Positions 1 to 10,570 of a DNA stretch of 57,193 bases are shown here, piece by piece. Every line of letters begins with the position of its first letter. Position 1 is the first letter of the stretch. This DNA is from Clostridia bacterium (GTDB lineage: Bacteria > Bacillota > Clostridia > Christensenellales > UBA1242), in assembly GCA_017467895.1 (NCBI GenBank), contig JAFUKB010000010.1:1-57193 (forward strand), in the 5' to 3' direction. The notes under the pieces were generated by a model. That model was not told where the DNA came from. It searched no databases and worked only from the letters and a program-made list of their open reading frames with translations. The position numbers and the translations under genes were made by a program.

Positions 1-479
1 ACTATGAGTTTTGTTCGCGAGAGCAACAAAAACAGGCATTTATTGACCAAATAAAACTTGCAAACAAGTTGTCACTTCCCGTTGTTGTTCACACTCGTGA
101 TGCAACTCAAGACACAATGCAAATTTTAAAAGAAAATATGCATTTGTTAAAGTGTGGTGTGTGTATTCATTGCTTTAGTATGAGTGTTGAAATTTTAAAA
201 GAGGTTATTTCTTATGGCTTTGTAATTTCTCTTGGCGGGGCAATAACTTTTAAAAATGCTCGTGGGCTGTTGGATATTGTAAAGGCTTGTCCAATAGAAA
301 ATTTAATGCTTGAAACCGATTCTCCATACATGAGCCCAGAACCGTTTAGAGGCAGAAGAAATGAACCCAAAAATGTTGAGTTTGTAGCACAAAAAATAGC
401 CGAACTTAAAAACATGAAACTGAGCGATGTCGCTTTGCAAACAACTATAAACGCAAAAAAATTTTTTAAATTGCCTTAA
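1..479 (+). CDS. tatD: TatD-family hydrolase, 5'-truncated by window edge
   Basis: Frame is open from position 3 (YEFCSREQQKQAF...). Motifs LPVVVHTRDA, HCFS, LETDSPY and RNEP; lies upstream of rsmA as in Firmicutes. Confidence 0.93.
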   Translation, partial: YEFCSREQQKQAFIDQIKLANKLSLPVVVHTRDATQDTMQILKENMHLLKCGVCIHCFSMSVEILKEVISYGFVISLGGAITFKNARGLLDIVKACPIENLMLETDSPYMSPEPFRGRRNEPKNVEFVAQKIAELKNMKLSDVALQTTINAKKFFKLP

Positions 480-502
480 AAAAATAAAAAAACAGGTGAA
501 AA

Positions 503-1342
503 ATGAGTGAAATTGACGCAATTAAAACAAATAATTTTAAATTTAATAAAAAGTTTGGGCAGAACTTTATTTTTGACAAAAACTTATTAAAAGCAATTAT
601 TGAAGACAGCAACATAACAAAAGATGATGATGTTTTAGAAATTGGCCCCGGTGCTGGAACATTAACAAAAGTTATTGCTAATAGCGCAAAAAAAGTTGTT
701 TCGTATGAAATAGACTCAAACCTAAAACCAATACTCGAGCAAAACTTGCAGGGCGTACAAAACTCTAAGGTTATTTTTTCGGACGCATTAAAAACAAGCA
801 TATCTGAAATAGAAAGCAATTTTGAAGGCGAATATAAAATTGTGGCAAACTTGCCTTATTATATAACAACGCCATTAATATTTAAGTTTGTTCAAGAAAC
901 AACACGAGTTAAAACAATGAGCATAATGGTGCAAAAAGAGGTAGGCGAAAGGCTTATTGCAAAGGCAGGAGATTCTGATTATGGCTCAATAAGCGTGGTG
1001 TTAGATTTTTATGCAAATGTAAAAATTTTGAGAAATGTGCCAAGGCGAATGTTTGTGCCTGCACCAAATGTAGATTCATGCGTTGTGCAAATAGAGTTTG
1101 TTAAAAACAAGCATGAATGCAATGCGAAATTATTTGAAAAAATTGTTAAATCTGCTTTTGCAAACAGGCGCAAAACGCTCGCTAATAACTTGTCGATTGA
1201 TTTTTGCGTTAACAAACAAACAATATATGAAATGCTAAAAGAACTTAACATAAATGAGCAAGCAAGGGGCGACAGTTTAACAACCAAGCAATTTGTTGAA
1301 ATTACCAAAATATTCGACAAAAAATCCATAAAAAGTAAATAA
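503..1342 (+). CDS. rsmA: 16S rRNA (adenine-N6,N6)-dimethyltransferase
   Basis: Motifs KKFGQNF, VLEIGPGAG, VANLPYYITTP, MVQKEV, PAPNVDS and RRKTL. Confidence 0.97.
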   Translation: MSEIDAIKTNNFKFNKKFGQNFIFDKNLLKAIIEDSNITKDDDVLEIGPGAGTLTKVIANSAKKVVSYEIDSNLKPILEQNLQGVQNSKVIFSDALKTSISEIESNFEGEYKIVANLPYYITTPLIFKFVQETTRVKTMSIMVQKEVGERLIAKAGDSDYGSISVVLDFYANVKILRNVPRRMFVPAPNVDSCVVQIEFVKNKHECNAKLFEKIVKSAFANRRKTLANNLSIDFCVNKQTIYEMLKELNINEQARGDSLTTKQFVEITKIFDKKSIKSK

Positions 1343-1406
1343 AAGAATAGTTGAGTTAAAAAATATATATCATATACTTTATGGGACGATAAGTTTTGGA
1401 GGAATT

Positions 1407-2315
1407 ATGATATATAAAAAAAGCGTTGTATTAACCTCAGTTGGGCAGGGCAAAGAAAAAGGCGTGCTTAGTTTAGAATACGACGGCGGTGAACTTTTGG
1501 GCAATGTGAGGCTATATAACTTTGAAAAAGAACCTGACGGAATTTTGAGCGTTGGAATATTGCATAATGGTAATGTTTTAAAGGCTGGGCTTACGCAAGA
1601 AAATGCTGGGTTTTATACATTTAAACTTAACACAGCACAAGAAATGAATGCGTTTTCATGCGCACTGGTAAATTTTGTCAATGGTGAGCCAAGGGCGCTT
1701 TTGCATGGTGCTACTGTTGGGGTGCAAAAAACTGAAGAGCGGTTGTTAAATTCCCTTTCGGTGTTTGAAAATGGTGCAGATATTGCAACAGTTCAACAAA
1801 CTCTAGATGACAACGGAATAGAGTTTGAGGACCAAAACGAGATAAACAAATTAATTGACAAAGAAATTGCTAGCTGCTCAAATAATTGCAGTGAATGCAA
1901 ATATAGAGATGCATTTTTTAAACAAGAAGATAAAATTATTCCAAAAGAAGAGATTCAAGAAGAAAAAGAAGACACTTTTTTTGATGGCATAAAGGACCAA
2001 ATAACAACTCTCTTTGACAAATTTCCAGAAGAGGATATTTTAAAAGAGATTATACCAGATTCTAAATGGGCAAAAATAGACTACGAACAAACGGGGGAAT
2101 ATTATGTTGTTGGGCTTATGTATGAAGACGGTGTAATAAAATATGTTTGCTATGGTATTCCGGGCATTTATGGCGACGAACCTCCAAAAGAATTAAAAGG
2201 TTTTGCACAATGGTTGCCAATAGATAGCACAAAAGCAGATGGTTTTGGTTATTGGTTAACTTATCAAGATGCCGAAACAGGAGAGAATATTAAGTTGCAG
2301 TTTGAAAATGTCTAA
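1407..2315 (+). CDS. Hypothetical acidic protein with a Cys cluster
   Basis: 302-aa ORF, strong RBS (GGAGG), CxxxCxxC motif (CSNNCSEC); no function recognised. Confidence 0.75.
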   Translation: MIYKKSVVLTSVGQGKEKGVLSLEYDGGELLGNVRLYNFEKEPDGILSVGILHNGNVLKAGLTQENAGFYTFKLNTAQEMNAFSCALVNFVNGEPRALLHGATVGVQKTEERLLNSLSVFENGADIATVQQTLDDNGIEFEDQNEINKLIDKEIASCSNNCSECKYRDAFFKQEDKIIPKEEIQEEKEDTFFDGIKDQITTLFDKFPEEDILKEIIPDSKWAKIDYEQTGEYYVVGLMYEDGVIKYVCYGIPGIYGDEPPKELKGFAQWLPIDSTKADGFGYWLTYQDAETGENIKLQFENV

Positions 2316-2373
2316 TAAAAATGTTTGCCAATTTATTATTCATTTGCTAAAATGACATAGTTAGGAGATAACT

Positions 2374-2925
2374 ATGTTAATTATTGTTTCGGGCTCGGCA
2401 GGGGTTGGTAAAAATACTGTTATTACAACATTGATTGAGCGTCATAAAAATATAAAACTTTTAAAAACATGCACAACTCGTCCTCCGCGTAGCACCGATG
2501 AAGCAATGCATAGCCCTTATATTTATTTAAGCAAAGAAGAGTTTGAAAACAAAATCAAAAATGGCGAACTTTTTGAACATGAAGAAATTCACAAAAACTT
2601 TTATGGAATGCTTAATTCTTCACTTGAGGCGGTTGCTCATGATGACTGTCATTACATAAAAGATGTTGGTGTTTTGGGGCAAAAAAACATAAAAGACGCT
2701 TTAAAAAATAAAGCAAAAGTGTTATCGGTGTTTTTAACCGCACCAAAAGAGGAATTAATAAGACGCTTAAAAGCACGCGGTGACCATGACATCGATTTGC
2801 GTATTTCTCGCATGGAGTTTGAACTCTCTTATGTAAAAAATTACGATGTGGTTATTGAAAATATTAATTTAGAAAAAACTGTAAAAGAAATTGAAAAACA
2901 AATAAAAAAATATGAAAAAATGTGA
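2374..2925 (+). CDS. gmk: Guanylate kinase
   Basis: P-loop SGSAGVGKNT, TTRPPR, EEF...ELFEH, FYG and RLKARG. Confidence 0.92.
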   Translation: MLIIVSGSAGVGKNTVITTLIERHKNIKLLKTCTTRPPRSTDEAMHSPYIYLSKEEFENKIKNGELFEHEEIHKNFYGMLNSSLEAVAHDDCHYIKDVGVLGQKNIKDALKNKAKVLSVFLTAPKEELIRRLKARGDHDIDLRISRMEFELSYVKNYDVVIENINLEKTVKEIEKQIKKYEKM

Positions 2926-2950
2926 AAATTAAAGTATTTTCACATTTTTT
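2915..2950. terminator. Bidirectional intrinsic terminator
   Basis: Inverted repeat aaaaaatgtgaaaat/attttcacatttttt between convergent genes. Confidence 0.7.
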
Positions 2951-2986
2951 TGTTTAAAATTTTAATTGGTTGATGTTTTAAACAAG

Positions 2987-3304
2987 TTATGGCCTGCTGT
3001 TGCCTTGTTTTTTGTTTTTTTCAATTTTTCGAGCGTTATACCAGTTTGAAATTGTGCTGTCTTGAAAAACCTCGGCAATTTTTTTAAAAGTTTTTTTAAT
3101 GCCAAGAACTTTGCATAACTCGTTTATGTTTTTTAAAATTGTTGCATCAAATGGTGCAATGTTTTGATTGTACCAGTCGCGCTCATCGGGGTCGGTGTAT
3201 GCTTCTAAAAAGTTTTTGCCAAAATGCGCATAAAGCCTTTGAGTGCGGGTGGTAATTAAGTTGTCAATAATTTCAAAATATTCGTTTTCAGATTTAAGGT
3301 TCAT
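2987..3304 (-). CDS. Small orphan hypothetical protein (105 aa)
   Basis: Start re-assigned to ATG 3304 (MNLKSENE...), which follows GAGG; the longer track ORF runs into the next gene's promoter region. Confidence 0.65.
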   Translation of the reverse strand: MNLKSENEYFEIIDNLITTRTQRLYAHFGKNFLEAYTDPDERDWYNQNIAPFDATILKNINELCKVLGIKKTFKKIAEVFQDSTISNWYNARKIEKNKKQGNSRP

Positions 3305-3446
3305 TTTTTCCTCACTTGTTTGCAAATTTATTGTAACATATGTCTTTTTTATTTGCAATACCTTGAATTTCTTGTTTTTTGGGTTGAAAAATTTTTTAAC
3401 AATGTAGTATACTAAAATGAAAAACATTTTGTGAAAGGGATTTTTT

Positions 3447-5402
3447 ATGTCAAATTATGAAGCAAAAGATATAGTCTTACTTGAAGGTTTAGATGCCGTG
3501 CGCCTACGCCCCGGCATGTATATTGGAACAACAGGGCAAAAGGGTTTGCATCATCTTTTGTGGGAAATTGTTGATAACTCTATAGACGAAATCGCCAACG
3601 GTTTTGGTGATACAATTAAGGTAACATTGCATGCCGATGGCAGTGCAACTGTTTGTGATAATGGTCGTGGTATTCCTGTTGATGAGCACCCAACCGCGCA
3701 TGTTAGCGCACTTCAAGTTGTTTTTACCGAACTTCACGCGGGCGGAAAGTTTAACAACTCAAATTATGCATACTCTGGTGGTTTGCATGGCGTGGGTGCT
3801 TCGGTGACCAACGCACTTTCACGATGGCTTAATGTTACCGTTTGCAAAAATAAAACAAAATATTATATGGAGTTTGAATCATATGCCGACGCAAACGGGA
3901 AAATAAAAAGCGGTGCGGTTAAAACGCCTTTAAAAGAATTAGGCTCAACAACTGACCGTGGCACAACAGTTACATTTTTGCCAGATGATAGAGTGTTTGG
4001 TGAACTCACTTTTGAATTTGATATTATTGCAAAAAGGCTTGAAGAACTTGCATTTTTAAACAAAGGCTTAAAAATGGAACTTTTAGACGAACGCACGGGC
4101 AAAAAAGTTCACTACTGTTATGAGGGTGGAATTAAAGATTTTTTAATGTATGTAGACAAGGGCAAAAATCGCTTGTTCAGTACGCCAATTTATTTTTCAG
4201 CCGAAACAGAAGTTTTAAAAGCCGAATGTGCACTTGAATATACCGATGGTTACACAGAAAACTGCTTTAGTTTTGTTAATAACATTCCAACAACCGAGGG
4301 TGGTATGCACGAAACTGGCTTTAAGGCAGGATTAACTAAAGTATTTAATGAATATGCTCGAGCAAACGGATATTTAAAAGAAAAAGATTCTAATCTTTTG
4401 GGCGAAGATTATCGCGAAGGTATTTCGGTTATAATTGCTGTAAAGATGAAAAATGTTCAGTTTGAAGGTCAAACAAAAACAAAACTGGGCAATCCGGAAG
4501 CAAAAACCGAACTTGAAAATATTACAGTTAAAGAACTAACAAAGTTTTTTAAAGATAAATCAAACGAAAAAATTGCTGATGTAATTATTAACAAGGCAAA
4601 GGGTGCGGCAAAATCTCGAGAGGCGGCAAAACACGCAAAAGAGATAACTCGAGCAAAAAACAGTGCCGACAATTTTAACCTTGTTGGCAAACTTGCTTCT
4701 TGCACCAGCCGAAAAGGCGAACTTTGTGAACTGTTTATTGTTGAGGGCGATTCGGCGGGTGGCTCGGCAAAAATGGGGCGCGACAGAAAAACTCAGGCAA
4801 TTTTGCCACTTCGCGGAAAGCCATTAAACGCCGAAAAAAAGCGTATTGACCAAGTTCTTGCAAATGAAGAAATTCAAACAATTATATCTGCTCTTGAAAC
4901 TGGCATACAAGAAGATTTTAATATTGATACATTAAGATATCATAAAGTTATTATTCTCTCCGATGCCGACCAAGATGGTATGCATATTAGAAGTATTTTG
5001 TTAACATTCTTTTATAGGTATATGCGCGGGCTTATTACAAGCGGGCATGTATTTGTGGGCTTGCCTCCACTCTATAAAGTATATAAAAAAGATTACACTG
5101 AGTATGTTTATTCTGACAAAGAGTTGCCAGAGGCGATTGCTCGCTGTGGCAAAGGGTATTCTATTCAAAGATATAAAGGTCTTGGAGAAATGAACCCCGA
5201 ACAACTTTGGGAAACAACCATGGACCCAAACAAGCGCACATTAATGCAAGTTACAATCGAGGACGCTGCTCAGGCTGAAAAAATGGTTACTGTTTGGATG
5301 GGCGATAATATTGATGCAAGAAAAGAATATATTGCACAGCATGCAAACTTTGATAGAACCGATAAGTTTGCAGAAGAATATGGCTTGAAAGCGAGCAAAT
5401 AG
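3447..5402 (+). CDS. parE: Type IIA topoisomerase subunit B (ParE/GyrB family; probably topo IV ParE)
   Basis: Motifs VRLRPGMYIG, EIVDNSIDE, DNGRGIP, GGLHGVG, EGDSAGG, PLRGK, DADQDG and RYKGLGEM; the partner lacks a canonical GyrA-box. Confidence 0.85.
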   Translation: MSNYEAKDIVLLEGLDAVRLRPGMYIGTTGQKGLHHLLWEIVDNSIDEIANGFGDTIKVTLHADGSATVCDNGRGIPVDEHPTAHVSALQVVFTELHAGGKFNNSNYAYSGGLHGVGASVTNALSRWLNVTVCKNKTKYYMEFESYADANGKIKSGAVKTPLKELGSTTDRGTTVTFLPDDRVFGELTFEFDIIAKRLEELAFLNKGLKMELLDERTGKKVHYCYEGGIKDFLMYVDKGKNRLFSTPIYFSAETEVLKAECALEYTDGYTENCFSFVNNIPTTEGGMHETGFKAGLTKVFNEYARANGYLKEKDSNLLGEDYREGISVIIAVKMKNVQFEGQTKTKLGNPEAKTELENITVKELTKFFKDKSNEKIADVIINKAKGAAKSREAAKHAKEITRAKNSADNFNLVGKLASCTSRKGELCELFIVEGDSAGGSAKMGRDRKTQAILPLRGKPLNAEKKRIDQVLANEEIQTIISALETGIQEDFNIDTLRYHKVIILSDADQDGMHIRSILLTFFYRYMRGLITSGHVFVGLPPLYKVYKKDYTEYVYSDKELPEAIARCGKGYSIQRYKGLGEMNPEQLWETTMDPNKRTLMQVTIEDAAQAEKMVTVWMGDNIDARKEYIAQHANFDRTDKFAEEYGLKASK

Positions 5403-5450
5403 GATAAATTTTTAAAATAATAAAAGTTATAACAATTAGGAGAAAACACC

Positions 5451-7877
5451 GTGTCAAAAAACAACGAACCAATTCAATCATCTATGGGAATATTATATAA
5501 GACTCTTGAAGATGTTTTGCATGAAAGCATGATTCCATACACAGAACATGTTGTTATGGACAGAGCCTTGCCAAGAGTTGAAGACGGGTTAAAGCCAGTT
5601 CAACGCAGAATTTTGTATGCAATGTATACTTTAGGTTTAATGCCAGACAAGCCTTATAGAAAATCAGCAACAGTTGTTGGCGAATGTTTGGGCCATTATC
5701 ACCCACATGGCGACGCTTCGGTTTATGACGCTGCTGTTCGCATGGCACAAGATTTCTCGCTTAGAGAACCGCTTATTGACGGGCATGGTAACTTTGGTTC
5801 AATAGACGGCGACGGAGCAGCGGCTTACCGTTATACCGAAATGAAACTAAAAGACCTTGCTCTTGAACTTTTAAGGGATATAAACAAAGACACAATTCAT
5901 TGGAGTTTAAACTTTGACGATAGGCTTCATGAGCCAGACACTTTGCCGGGTCGTTTTCCAAACCTTTTGGTTAACGGCGCGTATGGCATTGCTGTTGGTG
6001 TTGCAACAAATATTCCACCACACAATTTGGCGGAAGTAATTGACGCCGTTGTAGCATTTATTGATAAACCCTCACTTGATGTTAAGGGCTTAATGAAATA
6101 TATTAAAGGTCCAGATTTTCCTACAGGAGCAAACATAATTGCTGGCGATGAACTTCGCCAAGCCTATGAAACAGGCAAGGGCAAAATTACGGTTCGATCT
6201 ACTGTTGAAATAGAAAATGTTGGAGATAAGCAAAACCTTGTTATTACAGATATTCCATATCAGGTTAACAAGGCACAACTTTTGCAAAAAATTGCCGAAC
6301 TTAAAGAAAACAATAAAGATAAACTTGCCTGCATTCAAGAAATACGAGACGAGTCTGACCGTAATGGAATTCGCGCCGTTATTAGGTTAAAAAAAGACGC
6401 AAATGCTCGTGCAGTGCTAGAATATTTGTATAAAGCAACAACTCTTCAAACCAACTTTGGCATAAACATGGTTGCTATTGCTGGTGGCAAACCAAAACAA
6501 ATGAATCTGCAAGAAATTATTGCATATTATGTTGAATATCAGCGTCAAGTTATTTATCGTAGAACTAAGTTTGATTTGGATGCTTGCAAAGAACGCGCTC
6601 ATATTTTGGAAGGGCTTTTAATTGCCATAAAAAACATTGATGAAGTTATTAAAATTATTAAACAATCTGAAAGTGTTTCAATAGCAAAACAAAATTTAAA
6701 AGATAGGTTTTTGCTTTCCGAAAAGCAAGCAGTTGCAATTTTGGAGATGAGGCTTTCTCGTCTTGTTAACTTAGAAGTTAATAAAATAAAAGAAGAACTT
6801 GCCGAACTTAAAAAACGAATTGAAGAACTTACTGCAATTTATCTTTCAAAAGCAAAACAATTTGAGGTTGTTAAAACCGAGATTTTGGAAATAAAAAAAC
6901 AATATAAAAACGCTCGCAGAACAAAACTTTTGAATCCAAACTCATTGGAATCTGAGGTGGTAGAAGAGCCAGAAGAAGTTGTTGTGCGTGATTACATGCT
7001 TGCAATAACTGCAAACAACACAATTAAGGCAATCCCTATCAAAAATTATAATTTGGCAGTTAGAGAAGTTGGCGAAAATTCTTCGCTTAACGAAATTCAT
7101 ACATGCCTAGTTAAAACATTATCTACTGACAAAATTTTGATTTTAACCAATAAGGGTAATGTTTATAAAACGGTTGTAGATAATATCCCAGAGGCAAAAT
7201 GGAGAGAACGGGGTACGCCATTTAATAAACTAGATAAAAATATTTTGCCAGATGAAAAGGCGTTGGCAATAATAAAAGTGCCAAATGAACAGTTTGAAGT
7301 AGAAAATACAAATTTGGTGTTTGTAACTGCCAATGGCATGATTAAAAAATCACCATTAAACGAATATTTAATTGCAAAAACTGTGTTCCAAGGCATTAAA
7401 CTAAAGGATAAAGATTCTGTTGTTTATGCTGGCGTGGCAGATTCTCGCTTTACTTATTTGTTAATATCAAAAAGTGGCATGGCGGTTAACATTGCCGATG
7501 ATTTAGAACCAACAGGGCGTATGACATCGGGCGTTAAGGCAATGGCTCTTGACGCACAAGATTTAATTGCGTTTGCATTGCCTGTTAAAAAGAGCGGAGC
7601 AATTACCGTTCTTACAAAACGCGGATATATTAAAAATGTATCAATAGGCGAATATGAGGTTGGGGCTCGTAATCGAAAGGGGCTTAGAATAACCGGTAAA
7701 GAAACAGGCGATATTGCATATGCAAGTTTTGGTGTTGTTCCGCCAAACTTGGCTGTTTATGCCGACGGAAAGATTAGCGTTATAAGTTCAAAATATATTC
7801 CATATGATAACCGAGCGGGCAAGGGTAGGCAGGTGTTAAAAGATGAATTTGTTTCGGCTTTTAATCCTCAAAATTAA
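5451..7877 (+). CDS. parC: Type IIA topoisomerase subunit A (ParC/GyrA family; probably topo IV ParC)
   Basis: Motifs RALPRVEDGLKPVQRRI, YHPHGD, AAYRYTE (catalytic Tyr), TNIPPHN and GPDFPTG. C-terminal pinwheel repeats lack QxRGGxG at blade 1. Confidence 0.85.
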   Translation: MSKNNEPIQSSMGILYKTLEDVLHESMIPYTEHVVMDRALPRVEDGLKPVQRRILYAMYTLGLMPDKPYRKSATVVGECLGHYHPHGDASVYDAAVRMAQDFSLREPLIDGHGNFGSIDGDGAAAYRYTEMKLKDLALELLRDINKDTIHWSLNFDDRLHEPDTLPGRFPNLLVNGAYGIAVGVATNIPPHNLAEVIDAVVAFIDKPSLDVKGLMKYIKGPDFPTGANIIAGDELRQAYETGKGKITVRSTVEIENVGDKQNLVITDIPYQVNKAQLLQKIAELKENNKDKLACIQEIRDESDRNGIRAVIRLKKDANARAVLEYLYKATTLQTNFGINMVAIAGGKPKQMNLQEIIAYYVEYQRQVIYRRTKFDLDACKERAHILEGLLIAIKNIDEVIKIIKQSESVSIAKQNLKDRFLLSEKQAVAILEMRLSRLVNLEVNKIKEELAELKKRIEELTAIYLSKAKQFEVVKTEILEIKKQYKNARRTKLLNPNSLESEVVEEPEEVVVRDYMLAITANNTIKAIPIKNYNLAVREVGENSSLNEIHTCLVKTLSTDKILILTNKGNVYKTVVDNIPEAKWRERGTPFNKLDKNILPDEKALAIIKVPNEQFEVENTNLVFVTANGMIKKSPLNEYLIAKTVFQGIKLKDKDSVVYAGVADSRFTYLLISKSGMAVNIADDLEPTGRMTSGVKAMALDAQDLIAFALPVKKSGAITVLTKRGYIKNVSIGEYEVGARNRKGLRITGKETGDIAYASFGVVPPNLAVYADGKISVISSKYIPYDNRAGKGRQVLKDEFVSAFNPQN

Positions 7878-7911
7878 TTAATATTACAAAATAAAAATAT
7901 TATGTTTAAAT

Positions 7912-7948
7912 ATGGGCAGTTGGGTGATTTTAACCGCTGTCCATTTTT
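7912..7948 (+). terminator. Intrinsic terminator
   Basis: Hairpin atgggcagt...gctgtccat followed by a T-run. Confidence 0.6.
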
Positions 7949-8185
7949 ATTGTTAAAGTTGTTTAATTGTGCGAAAAAACAAAAATATAAACACTTAATA
8001 TGTTTAAACAAAAAATGATACAACTATGGTTGTGTAAAAAAAAGTTGTTTTTTATATTCTATTTCGACAATATGCAACAATCAATGCCAAATTTATGCAA
8101 TTATTTCATTAGGGAGCCAAACTATTTAAGTGATAAAATTCATAATGTACACCAATAAGGGTGGTATACACTAAAGGAGAATTTT

Positions 8186-8548
8186 ATGCAGAAACAAGGT
8201 CTTGACGCATTAAAAAGAATGGCACAAATGGCAAAAAATAGATTAAGAAATAAAGTAAAGGAAAACAATAACAAACAGTTGAAAAAGACTGATGGTTATA
8301 AAGTTTTGTTTGGTGAGGTTGTGGATATAAAGAGTAAAATAATCTCAAAAGAAGACACCATGTTTTATGGCAAAGTCAAACAAATGCTTGACGAAGATGC
8401 TGATGTAGCAAATCCAATAGCAAGGTTAATTGATTATAAAGTTTTTAATAAACTAATGCCAGATGCAAAAGAAAGATACATATTTAACTTAATTGCTAAA
8501 TATAAAACATATAAGGTAAAATACGAACAAGAAAAAAATATTGGGTAG
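8186..8548 (+). CDS. Basic hypothetical protein (120 aa)
   Basis: RBS AAAGGAG; own terminator. Confidence 0.7.
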   Translation: MQKQGLDALKRMAQMAKNRLRNKVKENNNKQLKKTDGYKVLFGEVVDIKSKIISKEDTMFYGKVKQMLDEDADVANPIARLIDYKVFNKLMPDAKERYIFNLIAKYKTYKVKYEQEKNIG

Positions 8549-8588
8549 TTAATAATTTTATAAATTTTTATGTTATATAAAAAATAAT

Positions 8589-8620
8589 CGCGGGGGCATT
8601 TGTTTGCCCGCGCGTTTTTT
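8589..8620 (+). terminator. Intrinsic terminator
   Basis: GC-rich hairpin cgcgggggca...tgcccgcgcg plus T6. Confidence 0.7.
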
Positions 8621-8661
8621 AAGAATGCAAGAACAACACGAATGAAATGAGTGTTTTCTTA
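8618..8661 (+). repeat. 44-bp dispersed intergenic repeat, copy 1
   Basis: tttaagaatgcaagaacaacacgaatgaaatgagtgttttctta matches the reverse complement of 18218-18261 at 39/44 positions. Confidence 0.8.
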
Positions 8662-8817
8662 TATTGTTATAAAAAACAAATTGATATTTATTTTGCAACT
8701 ATGCTTATGGTGTGCTAAAATATCTTTAATAATTTCTTAATTAAATTTATTAATAATAACAATAATGTCGTTTTTTAAATAAAAATTTTTAAATATTGTT
8801 TTAAAGGATAAAAATAT

Positions 8818-9825
8818 ATGACAACAGCATTAGTTACAGGTGGGAATGGATTTATTGGCTCGCATTTGTGCGAGGAACTTGTTGCAAGAGGCGTTAAGGT
8901 TTATTCTTTTCAGCGCTCTAAAAAGGCAAATAATAACAACTTTAACCAACTTGTAGATGAGGGCAAAATTGAAGTCATTTTAGGTGATGTTACAAACTTA
9001 GATGAAAGCAAATTGCCAAAAGTTGATTATGTTTTTCATATTGCAGGCAAGGTGAGCGTTTGGGGTAAGTTAAAAGACTTTTTAAATGTAAACTTAGGTG
9101 GCACAACAGCACTATTGAATTATGCAAAAAATAACAATGTAAAATGCTTTACTTATCTTTCGTCGGTTGCTGTTTATGGTTTTTATGGTTATAAAAACAT
9201 TAGTGAAGAAGGCGAAAAAAAGCCATTTAAAAATGGTTATTCTTTAAGCAAACTTCAAACTGAGGAGTTTGTTGAAAAGTTTGGCAAAGAAAATAATTTG
9301 CCATATGTAATAATTAGGCCGGGCAATGTTTATGGCGAATATGACTACACTTCTAGTCATGAAATTTATACCAGAGTTAAAAAAGAAAAAATGATGATTT
9401 CTGCTGGTGGAAAATATGAAAGTTGCTTTGTTTATGTTGGCAACTTGGTTGAAGCAATTTTGCATACAGCGTTTAATGAAAATTGCCATAATGAAGATTA
9501 TAATGTGTCCGACAGTAATCACTCGTTAAAAAATTATTTAACCGAAGTCGCAAAGGCGTTTGGAGTTAGACCAAAGTTTACTAATGTGGCAGGCCCTTTT
9601 GCAAAAATGACAGCAGGGCTTATTGAGGGTGTTTATCATATGTTTTTTATTAAAAAAGCACCACTTATTACCCGCTTTTCGGTTTATCAAAATTGCACAG
9701 ATTATAGTTTTAGCATTGATAAACTTTTGTCAAAAGGTTATAAACCAAAGGTTTCTAGAGAACAAGGCATAAAAAGAACAGTTGAGTGGATTAACTCTTT
9801 AGAAGAATCAAAAATAAAGAAATAA
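8818..9825 (+). CDS. NAD-dependent epimerase/dehydratase (extended SDR, 3-beta-HSD-like)
   Basis: TGGNGFIG Rossmann motif, SSVAVYG, YSLSK (YxxxK) and RPGNVYG. Confidence 0.9.
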   Translation: MTTALVTGGNGFIGSHLCEELVARGVKVYSFQRSKKANNNNFNQLVDEGKIEVILGDVTNLDESKLPKVDYVFHIAGKVSVWGKLKDFLNVNLGGTTALLNYAKNNNVKCFTYLSSVAVYGFYGYKNISEEGEKKPFKNGYSLSKLQTEEFVEKFGKENNLPYVIIRPGNVYGEYDYTSSHEIYTRVKKEKMMISAGGKYESCFVYVGNLVEAILHTAFNENCHNEDYNVSDSNHSLKNYLTEVAKAFGVRPKFTNVAGPFAKMTAGLIEGVYHMFFIKKAPLITRFSVYQNCTDYSFSIDKLLSKGYKPKVSREQGIKRTVEWINSLEESKIKK

Positions 9826-9838
9826 AAAGTATAAAAAT

Positions 9839-10570
9839 ATGAAAATTAAAGAAAAAATTATTCAAGAAAAAGAATTTTTAAAAAATGGAGCAGATAAAAA
9901 CTTTGCCCTATGCTTGCTTTTTGCAACAATAATATTATTTATTTATTGCTATTTTGGCTCATATAGTTTTTTTGAAAGAACTTTTAATGGCATAGAAAAT
10001 TTAGATTATTATAAAATAATATACCATAATTGCATGGCATTTGTTTTGTTTTTTGTGCTTGGCATAATTTTCACAAAGTTTGTTTTAAAACAAAAGTTAG
10101 CCGATTTTGGCTTGCAAAAAGGCAACTTTAAACTGGGCTTAATATTATGTTTAATTGCCTTGCCAATTTGTGCCCTTTGTGGGCTTTCGTGTGTTTTGGA
10201 CGCTGACATGTCTGCCATGTATCCGCTTATTAATTTTAGCCAATATTCTTGGTGGCAAATTGTAATTTATTTTGTTTCGTACCTGCTTTATTATATTGGT
10301 TGGGAATATTTGTTTAGGGGAATCTTATTTTTTGGAGCAGAAAAAAAGTGCGGGGTGTTATGCACAATCTTAATTGGCACTTTAATTTCCGCACTTATTC
10401 ACACCAGCATTGCTGGGTTTGGCAAACCAATGATAGAAACACTATCTGCAATCCCTGCAGGCATGATATTTGGTTATGTAACAGCAAAAACGCGAAGCAT
10501 AAACTACAGTTTAATTATGCATTTTATGGTCGGGATTTTTACTGATGTGTTTATATTTTTGCTGGCTTAA
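9839..10570 (+). CDS. CPBP (CAAX/Abi) intramembrane metalloprotease
   Basis: Multiple TM helices; motifs WEYLFRG, SALIH and IMHF. Confidence 0.85.
   Translation: MKIKEKIIQEKEFLKNGADKNFALCLLFATIILFIYCYFGSYSFFERTFNGIENLDYYKIIYHNCMAFVLFFVLGIIFTKFVLKQKLADFGLQKGNFKLGLILCLIALPICALCGLSCVLDADMSAMYPLINFSQYSWWQIVIYFVSYLLYYIGWEYLFRGILFFGAEKKCGVLCTILIGTLISALIHTSIAGFGKPMIETLSAIPAGMIFGYVTAKTRSINYSLIMHFMVGIFTDVFIFLLA

Noticed and set aside
479-503. No rnmV or yabE between tatD and rsmA
   Set aside because: Simple gene-order variation; cannot be judged from this window.
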